A stretch of DNA of 61,282 nucleotides, filler included, from Bipalium vagum (taxonomy: Eukaryota): NCBI GenBank assembly GCA_037834085.1. It is 3 parts of 3 records of this genome, joined end to end, with 100 filler letters (N's around TTAATTAATTAA, not from the genome) between each part and the next. Parts side by side here need not be neighbours in the genome. Positions count along the whole stretch, not along the records: positions 1 to 17,701 come from JBBMKC010054985.1; positions 17,802 to 39,639 come from JBBMKC010231070.1; 1 more part is not named here. One strand, written 5' to 3'. The translations under genes and the position numbers were made by a program. A model generated the notes under the pieces. That model did not search any database, was not told the DNA's origin, and saw nothing but the letters and a program-made list of their open reading frames with translations. Positions within the stretch are counted from its first letter, which is position 1, and each line of letters begins with the position of its first letter. Below, one piece after another: positions 13,061 through 26,537 of this stretch.

Positions 13061-14519
13061 CTTTTAAATGTATACGTATTGTTAAAAAATTCTGTTGAGT
13101 TTACTTTATTATTTCTGGTAGTCTAAGTACTTTTAATCCTTTTAATATACGTACCTTGTATATTTTTCAAAAATATTAATAAAAAAAATCAATTTACATT
13201 CACAATTAACCATTCATATAATCTCAAAAATGAGAATGTTTATTTGTTTCTACAGTTTGTTGCTCTCGACTGAAGCATATAATTTGAGAGCTGCAGAGAC
13301 TTGAGATGATAATTAATTTAATTAAGAAAGCCATAAATACTTTTTTAATCTTTTCCTAAATTAATTAAATTTTGTTCAAATTAAATAAAAATCAATATCT
13401 GAGGCAACATAATTTTCATATAATGATTTTTGTTTCATTTTAATTATATAATCAATATCATTAAAATTTTATTAATAATTTGATGATTAAAACAAATATA
13501 AAGAAATAAAATTTATGTAAAAAGTAAATATTTTTAACAATGCATTAATGATGAATTTAAAAATTCCACACATTTTTCAAAATGAAAGTTAATGATGATA
13601 AATAAAATAATTCTTTAGTAAATTTACATCTTCTAAGTATCATGAGTTCAATATTATGAGAGATCTTTTACATAACAATAGCCTAAAATGAATCTGATAT
13701 ATATCAATCCTTGGTCGAAATTATTTGAGACTCAAATTAAGAGGATTAGAAAACTTCACTTTTATTTTATTCAAAATAAAATTTACTCAAACAACCAATT
13801 TTTACACATCTTTGTACTTTTTTCTACTTATTAACAACTCTAATGTGAAACAGAACTAATTTATGTTGCATAAATGTAATGCAGAGTGTGTAAAAAGTAT
13901 CAGATTTTGAAATGTTGCAGGACATTTATTTTTAAAGGTTTTGTCACCAATTGTTTAATATAAAAATAATTTTTAAATTTTATGTAAGAGCTTAATGGTG
14001 TCAAAAATTAATAAAATTACATGCCGTGAATTGAAAGACGAGTTGAAATCGTATTGCTAATTGGCCAGTTGAATTCAGCAGCATCAATAAAAGGACAATA
14101 AATTAAAAATAAAGAACAGCAGATAAAATTTTGGGAGAGAAAAAACATTGAGTTTGTGTTCATTACTTACTTGAAGTTAGACATTTTTTGAACAACATAT
14201 TTCACGAAATGTGGATAGAGAGAAAAAACAATTTCATTTGAGAGATAAATCATTAATTGCGTTACTTTAAATAAAAGACACAATTATAGTGGAAAACAGT
14301 GCCAAAAAATTTCAACTAATTTTTAATAATTTTATTTTATTCATAGTTTTACTTTTACCTTTTGACGTTCCTTATAAAACTCTATCCAGCTAAATAAATC
14401 TTCATCTCCCTCTCTAATTTTAAAGCTATATTCATGTCTGGATTATTTTTTAAGAAATGATTCACCTAATTTAAAGCTATTAGTAATTAAACTACATGGT
14501 AGTTCGTATTTTTCAGGTC

Positions 14520-15010
14520 GTTTTCTCGTTAGCGCTAGTATAATTATGATAATTATTGTTATCTCTTATTAATTCAGTCAGCGCTTCCATATCTTTTAAC
14601 ATATCCTAGATTTCCTCAGATCTCAGGTCTTCAAATCATTATCCGCCTAAGGTGTGCGTCAAAACCATAAATTAAGAAAATTCCTTCGGTAATTCAGATA
14701 CTGAGCTGAAACGCTTGACGCATTCTGGCAAAATTGATTTCCAGCAGGAATTTAATGCTGATATCTTAAACTTTTCTCTGGATATTGAAGCATATTTAAT
14801 GCAATTCATAATTGAATAATGAATTGTATTACCTATCAAGGTCATAAAATAAATGACTATGATAATTAGGTATAAAAGGGATCTATGTAAGATAGGTAGA
14901 TTATCCTTCGGAAACTGCTAGATAATGTTTTAGGTCTGAAATTTTCAGTGGGCTTTTTATTCTAATATTTTGGAATTCCATTACAAAACATTTCTCCTTA
15001 TCCAAAAAAT
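14520..15010 (-). mobile_element. pogo/Tigger transposase relic
   Basis: HYSIMNCIKYASIS...ALNSCWKSILPECV matches the TIGD1-like C-terminal segment. Confidence 0.6.
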
Positions 15011-15279
15011 ATGATAAACAAATCAATATTTTTTAAAAGAAAATCTTTGGCATAATATAATAATCACCTTATTACTTATTAATCAATATTCAATCAGAGT
15101 TAATATTTAAAAAGCTTAAACTGTCTTTTTTCTTTTTATTTTTCTTTTATTTTTTCTCTTATTTTTTATTTATAATGAGATATTAAATAAAATAATATTA
15201 TGATCCCTCTGATGAGAATTCCAAATAAAATACCAAAAATAGGCAAAGTTTATCTAAATTATATTCATTATACAAAATT

Positions 15280-16295
15280 GTTGAGTTTCCCAAAAGCACC
15301 GCGAAAAAACCTTAAAGAAATCCGATACCCAATAAAATATCTCTTTAAAATATAAATTAATTATAAATAAAATATATAATTAATTAATTAAGTAATAAAT
15401 TTAATTAATCCCTTAAAAAGACCTTGAAAAATTTTTCCTAAAATTATATTTTATTTTAAGCCTAATTATAATCTATTAAAAATAAATAAAATATTATTGA
15501 GAGTTTTAAAGGGTAATTATGGGAAGATTTTGTGAGAAAATGGAGAAAACGAAGAAATTAGATCCTCAACAAACAAGGAGCAAATTTGGGAATTTGTAGT
15601 GTTCTTGTCTCCAAACTGATTAGTTTAGAATCAGTATCAAAGAAGAATCATTTCCTCACAATTTCACCCTCAACTAGTAGATAAGAAAGTTGTAAATTAT
15701 TATTGTTAGAAGATTCTATTAAAGCAGAAGAATACATTATTATTCGAGAAGAGAACAACTTATTGATAAAGAAAAGCAGTTTGTTACCATTCGAAAAAGA
15801 ATTTTATCAATTGTTATCCAAGTACTTTGGTTTGATGAAATTGTTCCTGGAATTGTGTTTAAGCTTCCCACCAGAGGGCTATCTCTGAGAAACTTTAAAG
15901 GGTCAGCTAATAATTCGGAAAGCTTGAACGAAGCTAAGCGTAAAATAGTTTTGTTTTGTTTAACTTTATTTTTTAAAATTATTATTTGATTATTATTATT
16001 TAAGTTTATTGATTGTTTTCTTTAACCGGTAACATTAAGTATTTTGTTTTAATCAATTGATTATTTGATGGACATTCTGTTTTGATTGATTCGATTGACC
16101 TAAGACATTTGAGACATTTTAGACACTATTGTGGACCCTTTATTGAGTTTGACGATTCTGTGTAATTGTTATCATTAAGATTTTGTGTGAATTATTGTGA
16201 TATAAATACAAATTATATTGCTTTACTGATAGTTGTTATTTTGCACCACTTACGAGTTTGAGTCAGGTTTAAATTTGATAAACTAAATATTGAAC
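15280..16295 (+). repeat. Possible LTR-like remnant
   Basis: About 1 kb, TGTT...AACA bounded, with an A-rich 5' part and T-rich 3' part similar to the solo LTR at 28809. No TSD found. Confidence 0.3.
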
Positions 16296-16301
16296 AATAC
16301 A

Positions 16302-16511
16302 CAGAGTGTTTCTTAAATATGTATACACGTTTAAAGCAAAATTAATCAACTAATTTTAAATTGAATTTATTGTCATTTTCCAGACATTTATAAAATATTT
16401 ATACTTTCCATTGATTTATCTACAATAATATATAAAAATGACTCATGTTCATTGACAAATTGATTAATTTTTATTTGTTTAAACACCTATACATATTTAT
16501 GAAACACCATG
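16302..16511. mobile_element. Tc1-type MITE (210 bp)
   Basis: About 35-bp imperfect TIRs CAGAGTGTTTCTTAAATATGTATACACGTTTAAA / CATGGTGTTTCATAAATATGTATAGGTGTTTAAA (rc), similar to the TIRs of 56222-56789. Confidence 0.8.
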
Positions 16512-17701
16512 TATATATATTTACATAAAATTTCATTTTGCATAAATATTCTAATTATTTTTTGATTTTGGTGAAATTCCTTAGATAAAACATTGGATTT
16601 CTTTAAATTAAATAAATATGCAAGGTTACACGTTCTCATTACCATGATAATTTAGTAGAAACAAACCTCGCAATAACCTATCACAATATGGATAAATTTA
16701 TTGCTTTGTTTTAAAAAAAATATTATTCGAAGATGAGAGAAGGGAAAGATCTCTTTAATTGTTTTAATTTATGAAAAATAAACGATTCAGAATTACAGTG
16801 CCATGTGGGAAATATTTTGTTTTATAGAACCTTTACGTTAAATATTTTAATTAATTTTATGGGTAAACTAAAATTCATTTGGACAACCTGTTTAAGTGGG
16901 GAAAAGTAAATTTGAGAAATCGATTTAAAAAAATCTTTGAGAAATAAAAATAAATAAAATTCTGCCTTTCATTAATCAATTTTTGTTTTGAAATCTTCAT
17001 GAATCGATTAAAACTTATTAAACATTATATAGAAAATTAATCGTTTATGAAACAGTGCACTGTAAGAACTGAAACGGGGGGCTCCGTTTCCTCCTTTTAT
17101 TTATGGGGAAATCATTGGGATTTGTTGATTCCTTCAACAATGAGAAATGATGAATTTAATTAAAATAAAATTTTCTTTTGATAATATTTTTGTTATATTG
17201 GAAATTAGTTATAAAAAACTGTTTTTTGCTCACACTTTCACTGTCTATGAGAAACTGTTGAAATGGAGGAACTGAATGTCAAAAACATAATTGTAAGTTT
17301 AAAATATCACTTTGTTTTAATTCCTATCCATGAAAAATGGTTTGAAAAAAAATGTTTTTCAAAAATTAACAGTTTCGTCAGTTTAGTCTTACATTTTCAA
17401 GACAAATTAATTTTGTTAATTTATATCGAGAATATATTTCGAAAAAAAAGAAATATTCCAATTATATATAATCAAGAAAATTTATTTAGAATATTTACAC
17501 GGTGTCAACGAGCACATTGACTCAGATCGATAATTTAATTATTCTTCAGCTTTTCAATAACCATGAGAATAATAATGAGAATAATAAAATAATAAATATT
17601 ATAAAATTAGGAAAATAATAGAGATATATATAATGAATAATAATAATTAAAATAAAAAAAAATAATTTTAATAATAATAAAAAAAATAATAATAGTAATA
17701 A

Positions 17702-17801
17702 NNNNNNNNNNNNNNNNNNNNNNNNNNNNNNNNNNNNNNNNNNNNTTAATTAATTAANNNNNNNNNNNNNNNNNNNNNNNNNNNNNNNNNNNNNNNNNNN
17801 N
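17702..17801. other. Assembly gap with artificial TTAATTAATTAA spacer
   Basis: N44-TTAATTAATTAA-N44, exactly 100 bp; identical construct at 39640-39739. Confidence 0.95.
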
Positions 17802-18264
17802 GTTATCACTCATTGTAATTCTAATAATAATTTTGATATTAAGTTCAAATAAAAGTATTAAACCGAAAATCGTTTTCTCAGTTTGTTTAATTAATCGAAC
17901 ACAACCTAAAGCAAACTTCAACCGTTGAAACCTAAGTCACATTTACGCTCCAACCTTTAACATCTTTTTATCCATCAACTTAGGATCTTAACATATATAC
18001 CGCATTTTTTGGCATAATATCATACTGATATGATAATGATTAGTCAACCGTCTCGTAGTATGATTCGATCTTTTTCATTTTAACAAGCCAATTTGAAATG
18101 TAATAAAGCAGTCTTTTCTTTTCTTCTGAAATGGTATCCATTTAAACGTTTTAATTTTTTCCTAAAAAATTAAGAAAATAGCTCATTAGATCCAAATTAA
18201 TATTCAAATCAAGATGTCCACCTTTTTATGGGAGAGAGATAGAATTTTCTTATTATTATTATTA

Positions 18265-18809
18265 CAGGGTGCGCCAAAAGTCCCTTCCTACCAATTTAAT
18301 TAAAATTGAAGTCAAAACGTAATACATAAATAAAAAATTTTATTAATACAATATATTTCAAAAGAGGCATAATCTTTTGGTTTTGTTTTTGTACGGATAC
18401 ATTTTAAAGTCCTGATGTAAAATTCGGCGCAATGATGTGTCACTGATATTCAACTGAGTTGAACGTTTTCGTGTTGACGTTGCCGCATCCTCCGCAACAC
18501 TGGCCCTCACCAACTCAATATTTTCTTTACTTCTTGAATATGGTGGTCTTTCAAATTTACAAAATATTGACCGAATAGTTGCACCAGGAGGTGATCTCTT
18601 CACATTATAAAATTTCCGATATTCTAATTGATTCTTATAAATGCTTCTCTGATTTTCCAAATAAAATATCAATATCTTGATTCTTTCTTCCAATATATAT
18701 ATTTTTGCATTGTTCATATAATTTATCTAAAAAATAAAATTTGAAAATTATTTAAATTACAAAAAATTATGATCATTTTTAGGTAAAAAGTAACTTTTGG
18801 CGCACCCTG
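18265..18809 (-). mobile_element. Non-autonomous Tc1-like element retaining only the N-terminal (DUF4817-like/HTH) transposase region
   Basis: Perfect 17-bp TIR CAGGGTGCGCCAAAAGT with TA TSDs; ORF 18358-18717 has YILEERI...PPGATIRSIF.KFE...STRKRSTQLNISDTSLRRILHQDFKMYPYK. Confidence 0.9.
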
Positions 18810-18859
18810 TATAAATTTGGAGAAAAGAAATAAAGCCCTAAATAACCACATGCCATAAA

Positions 18860-19480
18860 AATTTAATTTTATTAAGAAAATCAGAACATAAAGTTAACAT
18901 AAAATTTATTATAAAAAATAGAAATGGAAGCAATGTCTTCCAATTTTCGTGAAATTTGTTTTATATTAGCCATCATGATTTGGAAAATGCTAACATTAAA
19001 GTCTTTCCTTTTTCTTGCGATTTTTAACTGCATAGACCATTCGTTTTTGGCTTCCCATCCATTTTTGTATTCTTCTTTACTCAACAAGACCGAAAATGTT
19101 TCTATTGGCCGTCCCTGTAGAATATTTTGAGGAATGTCAATTTTTGGTACAAAATGCACATTTTTTGATTTCAAACAATCGGTCACTGATTTTGTCTAAT
19201 GATATGATGGCCAAAAAACAATGTCGTATTATAATGATATTTCATTATGAAGGAAAGTCTGTTTTTAGCAGTTTGTGCCAGAATTTTCTGTTTTGATAGG
19301 TCCAAACCATGAGGTCTACCATTTCTCTTCTTTTTTCGACTAAGATGTTATTTTCGGAATCATGAATGGCGCAATATATTTTTGTTCTTATATATCCCAA
19401 CACTTTCTCGTCTTAGAATGCTTCCAACCTTTTTTGAATTCTAACTTTGAAGCTATTTCAAATAATGAGCGAAACGGAAA
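18860..19480 (-). mobile_element. Tc1-like transposase relic (FVPK..P.N..Q.RPIE..GWEA type)
   Basis: ORF 18881-19186: VHFVPKIDIPQNILQGRPIETF...KNGWEAK; same type as 35780-36400. Confidence 0.75.
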
Positions 19481-19639
19481 CATATATAATAATAATAATA
19501 ATATTTTTATTATAATAATAAAATATAGACAATATTAAATTATTTAAACAAATACTGAGATATTAAAGTGTGGCCGAAAATGTTTTAAAATGAGCGCACA
19601 TTTTTTTCAAACTTTTTGTTACACTCGTTAATGATGATT

Positions 19640-19790
19640 TATTTTAGAAAAAAGACATTATATTTTTATGAAGAGATGAAACATAATGAAGACCAAAAAA
19701 TTCTGAAACTTTATTAAACGCTCAAATGTATGACTAGAAAAATTTAAGAAGCACCATAATATTGAGTTTCGATGATGCAGTGGTGAAATT
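19640..19790 (+). mobile_element. pogo/Tigger HTH fragment
   Basis: LEKFKKHHNIEFR.CSGE (CENP-B/Tc5 HTH end motif). Confidence 0.55.
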
Positions 19791-20463
19791 TTAGAAATAC
19801 AACATTATAAGTATGAAGATTTCATGCTAAACTTTCGATTAAAGGTAGACTTTCTTTTTTCTCCTTTTCCTTGTAACATCATATGAATGTTAATTTTTTA
19901 AAGAAGCATTCGTTTTTTAAGAAAAACTATTTAAATTTGGTTAAGATTCACATTCTAAAAGTTAAGTAATAAAGTTTCAAAATTGTAACCGTATTATTAA
20001 ATAAATTTCCAATTTTAAGCAGTCTTAAATTTTAGATCATTGTATTTTCTTAGAATTTCGGAATATCAGAGTATACATATATTATATTTATTATTTAACT
20101 CTAACAATGTGGATAGTCATCATTACAGATATGTAAATTGATATAACATATAAGAACTGAAAAAAATTGTTAACACACCATATGATGAATTTCTAATTAT
20201 ATTATTTTTTATATTATTTTTTTTTCTGTTATATTATTTATTAATTTTTAAAAAAGAAAAACCAAATTGAATATAAAAATTTTGAAAAATATTAAAAATT
20301 TTTTATTTATAAACATGTATGTGAAAAAATTATTACAGCAATTAAAAATAAAGTTCTAAACTATATATGAAAAAAGTTTTCTATTATCACTTTAAAAGTT
20401 ATAACTAAATTAGTTTATTAAGTTCATTGATATTATAATGCTTAATATTAATAATACTTAAAA

Positions 20464-20655
20464 NNNNNNNNNNNNNNNNNNNNNNNNNNNNNNNNNNNNN
20501 NNNNNNNNNNNNNNNNNNNNNNNNNNNNNNNNNNNNNNNNNNNNNNNNNNNNNNNNNNNNNNNNNNNNNNNNNNNNNNNNNNNNNNNNNNNNNNNNNNNN
20601 NNNNNNNNNNNNNNNNNNNNNNNNNNNNNNNNNNNNNNNNNNNNNNNNNNNNNNN
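20464..20655. other. Assembly gap
   Basis: Run of N. Confidence 0.99.
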
Positions 20656-21539
20656 AAAGTAAATAATAATTTAATTATTATTTAATTACTAATTCTCAAT
20701 AATCAAGTTGATAAATAAGAATAAAAAATAGCATGAATAACTTTCAAAGAGATATGGGCCTTAATTTTCTTAGATTTTTCAGTTTAAATCGAACTGTTCT
20801 TCAAATTAAAATTCTGATAAGGATAGATCAAAATTAGTCTGTATTCTTCTCAGAACAGACTTTGATCAGAATAAAATAAATTTAATTGCCTCAAGTTCCA
20901 TAAAAAGAGATTGGAAAAAATGAAATAAATAATATTAACAGCTGCTGTTCTTTAGATGCTATAATCCGTGAAAATAATTTATCTTTTATTTTTATTTTTA
21001 TAATTTATATCATGATAGATAGGATTGTTATTCTGAAGTAGTTATTGTCAAATCAGATAAAGACACTCATAACTTATTTATTCAATAATATTTTTGTATA
21101 GAAATATCTATTTTTCATTGTAATCCAGTTGAACATTAGTTTCAAGAAAAGAAACCTTTATGAAGTGCAATTTATGAATATAATTTGGTAAATATAAAAA
21201 AATAAATAAAATATGATTATTGGTCAGGCCTATGTTGAATGGGAACAAATTGGTCCAGATCATGTATTCATTCTTGCGGTTTTCAATTATAATTTTTAAA
21301 CACGCAAAATCCCCTGGTTGTGGAAGTTCCTCAGTACTACTGTCAAAATAAGAATTGGTAGATGAAATATCTCATCTAATCTCTTTAACCCATTGCAGTC
21401 TTAGAGATATACAATATTTTCAGATTAGTCCAAAACAATCCTCTTGAATTTCTATCGGGAACTTAATGCATCATAATCAGAAAGGTCTTTATATCAAATG
21501 TTGGTTGCGCTGAACATAATGAATATATCATTAGGTTTG

Positions 21540-21800
21540 GGACTAAACTGACGCTAAAGGATCTCGGTAGGGAAGCAATGTAACACCATTCGTATTTGTT
21601 AGATATAATTGCTTCTGATTTCCATCTATTCTAATCGTTTCAAAATAACCTGGACAAACAAAAACTTCATTCAGTTGAGGATATAAATGAGTGTTTAGAC
21701 AAAATTTTTGCAAGGAAGCCCAAAAATGTTTATGTTGGATAATGAACTTATCATAACTTCGGAAACAGGTAATCGAAAACAACGGTAAATATTTTTGTGA
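21540..21800 (+). mobile_element. Mariner transposase 3' end relic
   Basis: DLGREAM.H.SY..DIIASDFHLF.SFQNNL...QVIENNGKY. Confidence 0.75.
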
Positions 21801-23069
21801 ATAAAAATAAATTTACATATCTGAACTTCATTTGTTAATTTTGATGAAAACAATGCAGAAATTACTCCACAAACAAATATTATAAAAAAATCATTTCGAG
21901 GTTAAACTGTAATTGATTAAAAGGTTATTCGTATCACTAGGAAATATGTGCAGTTTTTAGTTATAATTTCCTATTCCATTTTATTTTATTAATGAATAAT
22001 CTTACTAAAAATATATTTTAAAAAGATGATAATGTCAAAATTATTCAACCAGAAAAGTTTTTAATTAAATCAAAATTAGTTCATGATACCTCATTGAAAC
22101 CTAAAAAAATGAAGAATTAGAAATAATAAAAATCGTGTGGTTAAAACAATTTATTTATTCCTGTAAAATATAAATGATAAAATATGTAATGAAATTAAAT
22201 TCTGGAAAAACAAATCCGAGGCAATGGTTATTTTAAGAATATCTAATACGATACTTCAGTGGAGAGATATCATGTTAACTATGTAAACAGAATCATTTTC
22301 TAACCCAGGAGTATATTGCGGTGAATATTATGAATTTATGATTAGCATATTTCTCTTAATTTGATTTTAATAAATAATAAATAATAAATAAAGATTACAA
22401 GAATATTTACTAAAATATTCATATCCTAGAAGTAAATATCGGCAAAACATTACTGAAAATCTTAAAGGAATTTTTAAGTGATTAAATCTATTAAAGTGAT
22501 TAAAAATATTTTAAGAAAAGATAAAATTTATACTTAACTTATACAATTAAGTAATAAAAATGTTACCAATAAATCTAATAGTATTTTTTATACTATTGAG
22601 ATTTGCCCTTTGAAGGGTCAGTAATACTACTACTAATAATAATAATATCTATAGCAGATAAACTGCTTATTTTGTTCAGAGAAGAGGTTTATTAATTATT
22701 TTTTCACGATAAGGCTTGTAATATTTTATCCGATATAGACGTTCATGATTAATTATTTTTGCCCATGTAGGGCTTCTTAGTTAATATCCGGGAGTATTCA
22801 ACTAATTTTCGAAGTGCCATACCAACTATCAGATCATTAGAGTCAGTAGAGGCCGATTATTGGAATCACTTGATGAAAATGATAACATTAGCTGATTATT
22901 TAAGTTTACTAAGTAATAAATATATTTACGAATTTACTAAGTTTAATACCTAACTTATATCTCTATTTACAACTATGTTATAATGAAATGAGTAATAACA
23001 ATAATATAATAATAAGTTTATTTTTAGAAAAAAAATCATAAGTTGTCTGCTTTTATTGGTTTATTTAAT

Positions 23070-24270
23070 AAATTATTCACAAATTCCGAGTATTAAAGTC
23101 TTCAGATCGATGTACACACATAACCTTATGATCTGAAGTGATTGTCTCATTTCAGAAGCAGAAGGAAGTTTAACAGGTTCTTCTAATTCATTTTCGTTAG
23201 AGAATTTAGGTTCAGGTTTCAATTTCAGAAATTGTTAGGTCTGATGTAGTCTAAATGTTTTCATCAGTTGCCACCAATTTTGGAAAATCCCCCGAAGCCA
23301 AATCAAGTGTTTTGTCAGAGAAGCACTCTTTATTTTCATCTGTAGAAAAGCCACTTGTTTCAGAAACGATTCTGAATGGTTGTTAGAAACTTTTCCATGG
23401 CAGAGATTTAACATGAAGTGCCTATATAATATCAATTTTACTAGATAAACCATTGGATTTTGTCTTCTAATATCCGTCTTCTTAATTCACGACGATACTA
23501 TGCCTTAAAATCTTGTGTGATTCCTTGATCGCAGTGTTAGATAAGGAATTTAGTATTAGGTGGTATAAAATAAACGATTACATGACAAGTAAAATTTTGT
23601 GATTGAAGTTTTAATCACATTTAAATAAACATTCATTGAATATTAGACCTGTCACCCAAGGTATTGAATTAGCTCTGTAGTCAACTGGTAACCTTCTTAC
23701 GCCTTTGAAACAATTCGAATTTCTCGACTTTCCAATGATCAATGGTTGTTTTTTGTTAACAGACATGATTACATAACATCTGATTATTAATCTCTTTTGA
23801 AATTTTGCAACCACCTGGAGTTTAACTTAAATATATGTTCAGGTAATACACAAGAGTAAAGTTCAGTTTCATCAGCGTTGTAAATATTATCAGATGAATA
23901 TTTTGTTTTAATCTTAGGCCAATCCTCCTTAATCCAATGATCTGCGGTCAATACATCGGCTTCATTTCGTTCAACATGAATACATCTGTAGACAATGCTC
24001 TCTCGTTTTCGCCAATAGTTAAACCAATCGTCTGTTGCTGACTTGACTTGTTCATCTTTACCACACTGGTTTCAATTTTGATTTTGATACTGGTATTATT
24101 TCTTGTGGTCTTCATGATATGTTCTTTATTTTTAAGAATCCTACACAGCAAGGGGTATGAATTTTTCGATATTTCAGTTACAACACGTTCCATTTTTGGT
24201 AAGTTAAGATAATCTCCTAAGATTTAAAGCTTTTCTTTGAAATTTCAACCTTTACTTGTCTTCATATTTG
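23070..24270 (-). mobile_element. Near full-length decayed pogo/Tigger transposase
   Basis: Minus-strand DNIYNADETEL, PLIIGKSRNSNCFKGVRRLPVDYRAN, PPNTK....DQGITQDFKA, SNCFRNKW-like motifs with many disablements. Confidence 0.85.
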
Positions 24271-24771
24271 TTGCTATTTTAAGTTATGATTAAAATATTA
24301 AACAATTTTATAAATTACATAAACTCAAATTAATTTAAAGTGATAATGGAAATAGGAATTCTTTATACATTAAGTTAATTTAAGTAATTTGAGACTTGCA
24401 GAAAATGATAAAATTTACCCTGATTACAATAAGCTGTGTTAACTGTATTAAATAAACTGATTCAGATTCAGATAATGATTCTGGTTATGAATGTAATGAT
24501 TTTCTTCCTGAATTAAATGAATATATATTTTACTTAAATGTTCATCTTAGAAATCATAATCTCGACCATCGTTCAGAAAAAAGATTTATAGATTATTTAA
24601 ATTACCTTTTTTAACAACGAAAAATAGAATAAAAATAAATTCTTTTGTATTTTTTAATTTTTTAAATTTGATTTTAACATTATTTCAGTTTTTATTTGTA
24701 ATATTCCCTTTTCATTCATAAGTTTTGATTATTCTATATTTTATTTTATATTCATAAAATATGTAGTCATA

Positions 24772-26385
24772 AAATGACCAGGTCCGGGCGTCTATTGTAA
24801 CTCAGGTGGTACCATATCGGCGCCCACATCAAACCCGAGTGCTCGGAGATACTCGATAGCCACATACAACCCAGCATAATGTTTTGCTGTGCGCACAAAG
24901 GGCCGGCTGTTGCAGTGGTTCAGTATATGGGCTCGAGTCTCCGGGTGGTCATTACAACGCCGACAAAGAATGGACCGGTCTTTAACAAGGTTAAAGGGGC
25001 GGTAGTTAAGGCTTAGATTATTGGTACGGGCCTTAAGAAGGAAACGCCATTTTGGTCGGCGGAAGGTGAAAGTTATGAAGTATGAAATTGGAAAGAGGGC
25101 TCAGGCTGAAACAAGGGATCAGAACTTATGGGATAGCAATTCAGTATAATGTTGAAGCGCCATGGATTCCTGTAGTGTAGCCGTGGCTTTATGGATGTTG
25201 CCACCGTCAAAAACATACTGTAGAGTCTCATTAGGAGTGCAGAAAAATACAGTAAGAGCCACAGATTGGCCAGTCATCATAAAGGTACATTCAATGCCCT
25301 GCAACTTCAATGCTTTGCTGGCCTTCCGAATTTTAATCCACCAAGTGGCCTGTCCGAATAAAGTGAAGGTACAACGGTTTGAGAGCCATGAAAGAGCCAC
25401 GGTAAGATCCGTGTGTGCCGTGACATGTTGACGCATTCTCACCACATGCAGCAGATGGTTGGTGGTAAAGGTTCGAAAGATGGTATCAGGGATGGTAAGG
25501 GATCGAAGCCCTTGAACCACGCTACAGATGTGGTAATTATCAATGCCCGTGTTACTCAAAATCCTCCTAGGGATGTTGGAGCGTAAAGAAAAGCCTTATT
25601 CGTGCTCTGGAGGTGGCCGGTGTCCGTAATCTGACGGAACATCTTCCGAAGTCGCTCATTGTAACCCTTCTGTTGTTCGCGGTAAAAAAATTAAAGGGAT
25701 TGTTTCGACGCCAGAGTAAGATGATCCACTACCGGATTCGCAAGTGAATGGGGAGACGTAAAAGCAGGAATCTCTTGTAGAGGTGGATCATCTGAGCCGG
25801 ATGAAGATTAGATAGGATAATATGTGAGAAATCCGAGAGGTTCCTCTCCAGGATCTCATCGGTCGAGGTAAGTAAATCGGCACCATGTGTGACCCCAAGA
25901 TAAGAGTAGACATAGGTGGGGTCAACCGGGAGAATTGGTTCCCCGTGGACAAAGAGAGGAGCCAGAGGTGCACCCTGACATAGATATCCACATTTAAGCG
26001 GACGGAAAGACAAATGGATCCCCCGGGTCAATCAGCTGAGCGCGTCAATCATGGTTTGCAATTTATCATGAGAAGGAGCAATAGCCACAATATCATCGGC
26101 ATACGCAAGGCTATACTCTAATAGGCGGCTATTTAGAAGAAGAGCCAGGATACGATAGGACGAGGTTAAGATTGCAATGGGTCTCCAGGAGCTGACGAGG
26201 TGCGAAAACTTGATTTTGCCTGGCTTCAGGATCAATATGGTCTTAAAGGATGCCATCCCTTGGGAATCCGCGCATGTTTCAATACATGATTGAAAAATGC
26301 GACCAAAAACAAGTGCTGGGGATCTACGGCTCGCCAATCTGAATACGTAATTCCATCTTCCCCCGGAGCCGAAGAAGAAGTATTA
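24772..26385 (-). mobile_element. RLE-clade (R2/R4/NeSL-like) non-LTR retrotransposon, internally deleted and disabled
   Basis: GC-rich island; APGEDG, WRPIAILTSSYRILA, AYADD and YSYLGV RT motifs; downstream CRRCNDHPETRAHILNHC (CCHC knuckle) and RRPDLVI (restriction-like endonuclease). Confidence 0.9.
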
Positions 26386-26537
26386 GTAACAATGCTATTA
26401 TTTACTGGAATATGAAGTAATAAACCAAATCATAAGATAAAATCCCATACTATTATATATTAGTCACAATTTAAACAATTAATGTTTATAATAATACTAC
26501 CTGATTTTAAACGTGAATCAATTTTCGTTTACTTATA

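Noticed and set aside
17055-17092. CAGTGCACTG palindrome and GAAACGG..CCGTTTC hairpin followed by Ts (terminator-like)
   Set aside because: Too short to be significant, eukaryotic context, and no associated gene or RNA family.
17746-17757. TTAATTAATTAA palindrome inside an N-run (also 39684-39695)
   Set aside because: The identical, symmetric N44-12-N44 construct has stops in all six frames; it is an assembly spacer, not biology.
25950-25985. QGAPLAPLF as RT subdomain 4, implying scrambled domain order
   Set aside because: It lies between the F.P.KC and Y.YLG motifs downstream of YADD, so the resemblance is probably coincidental.
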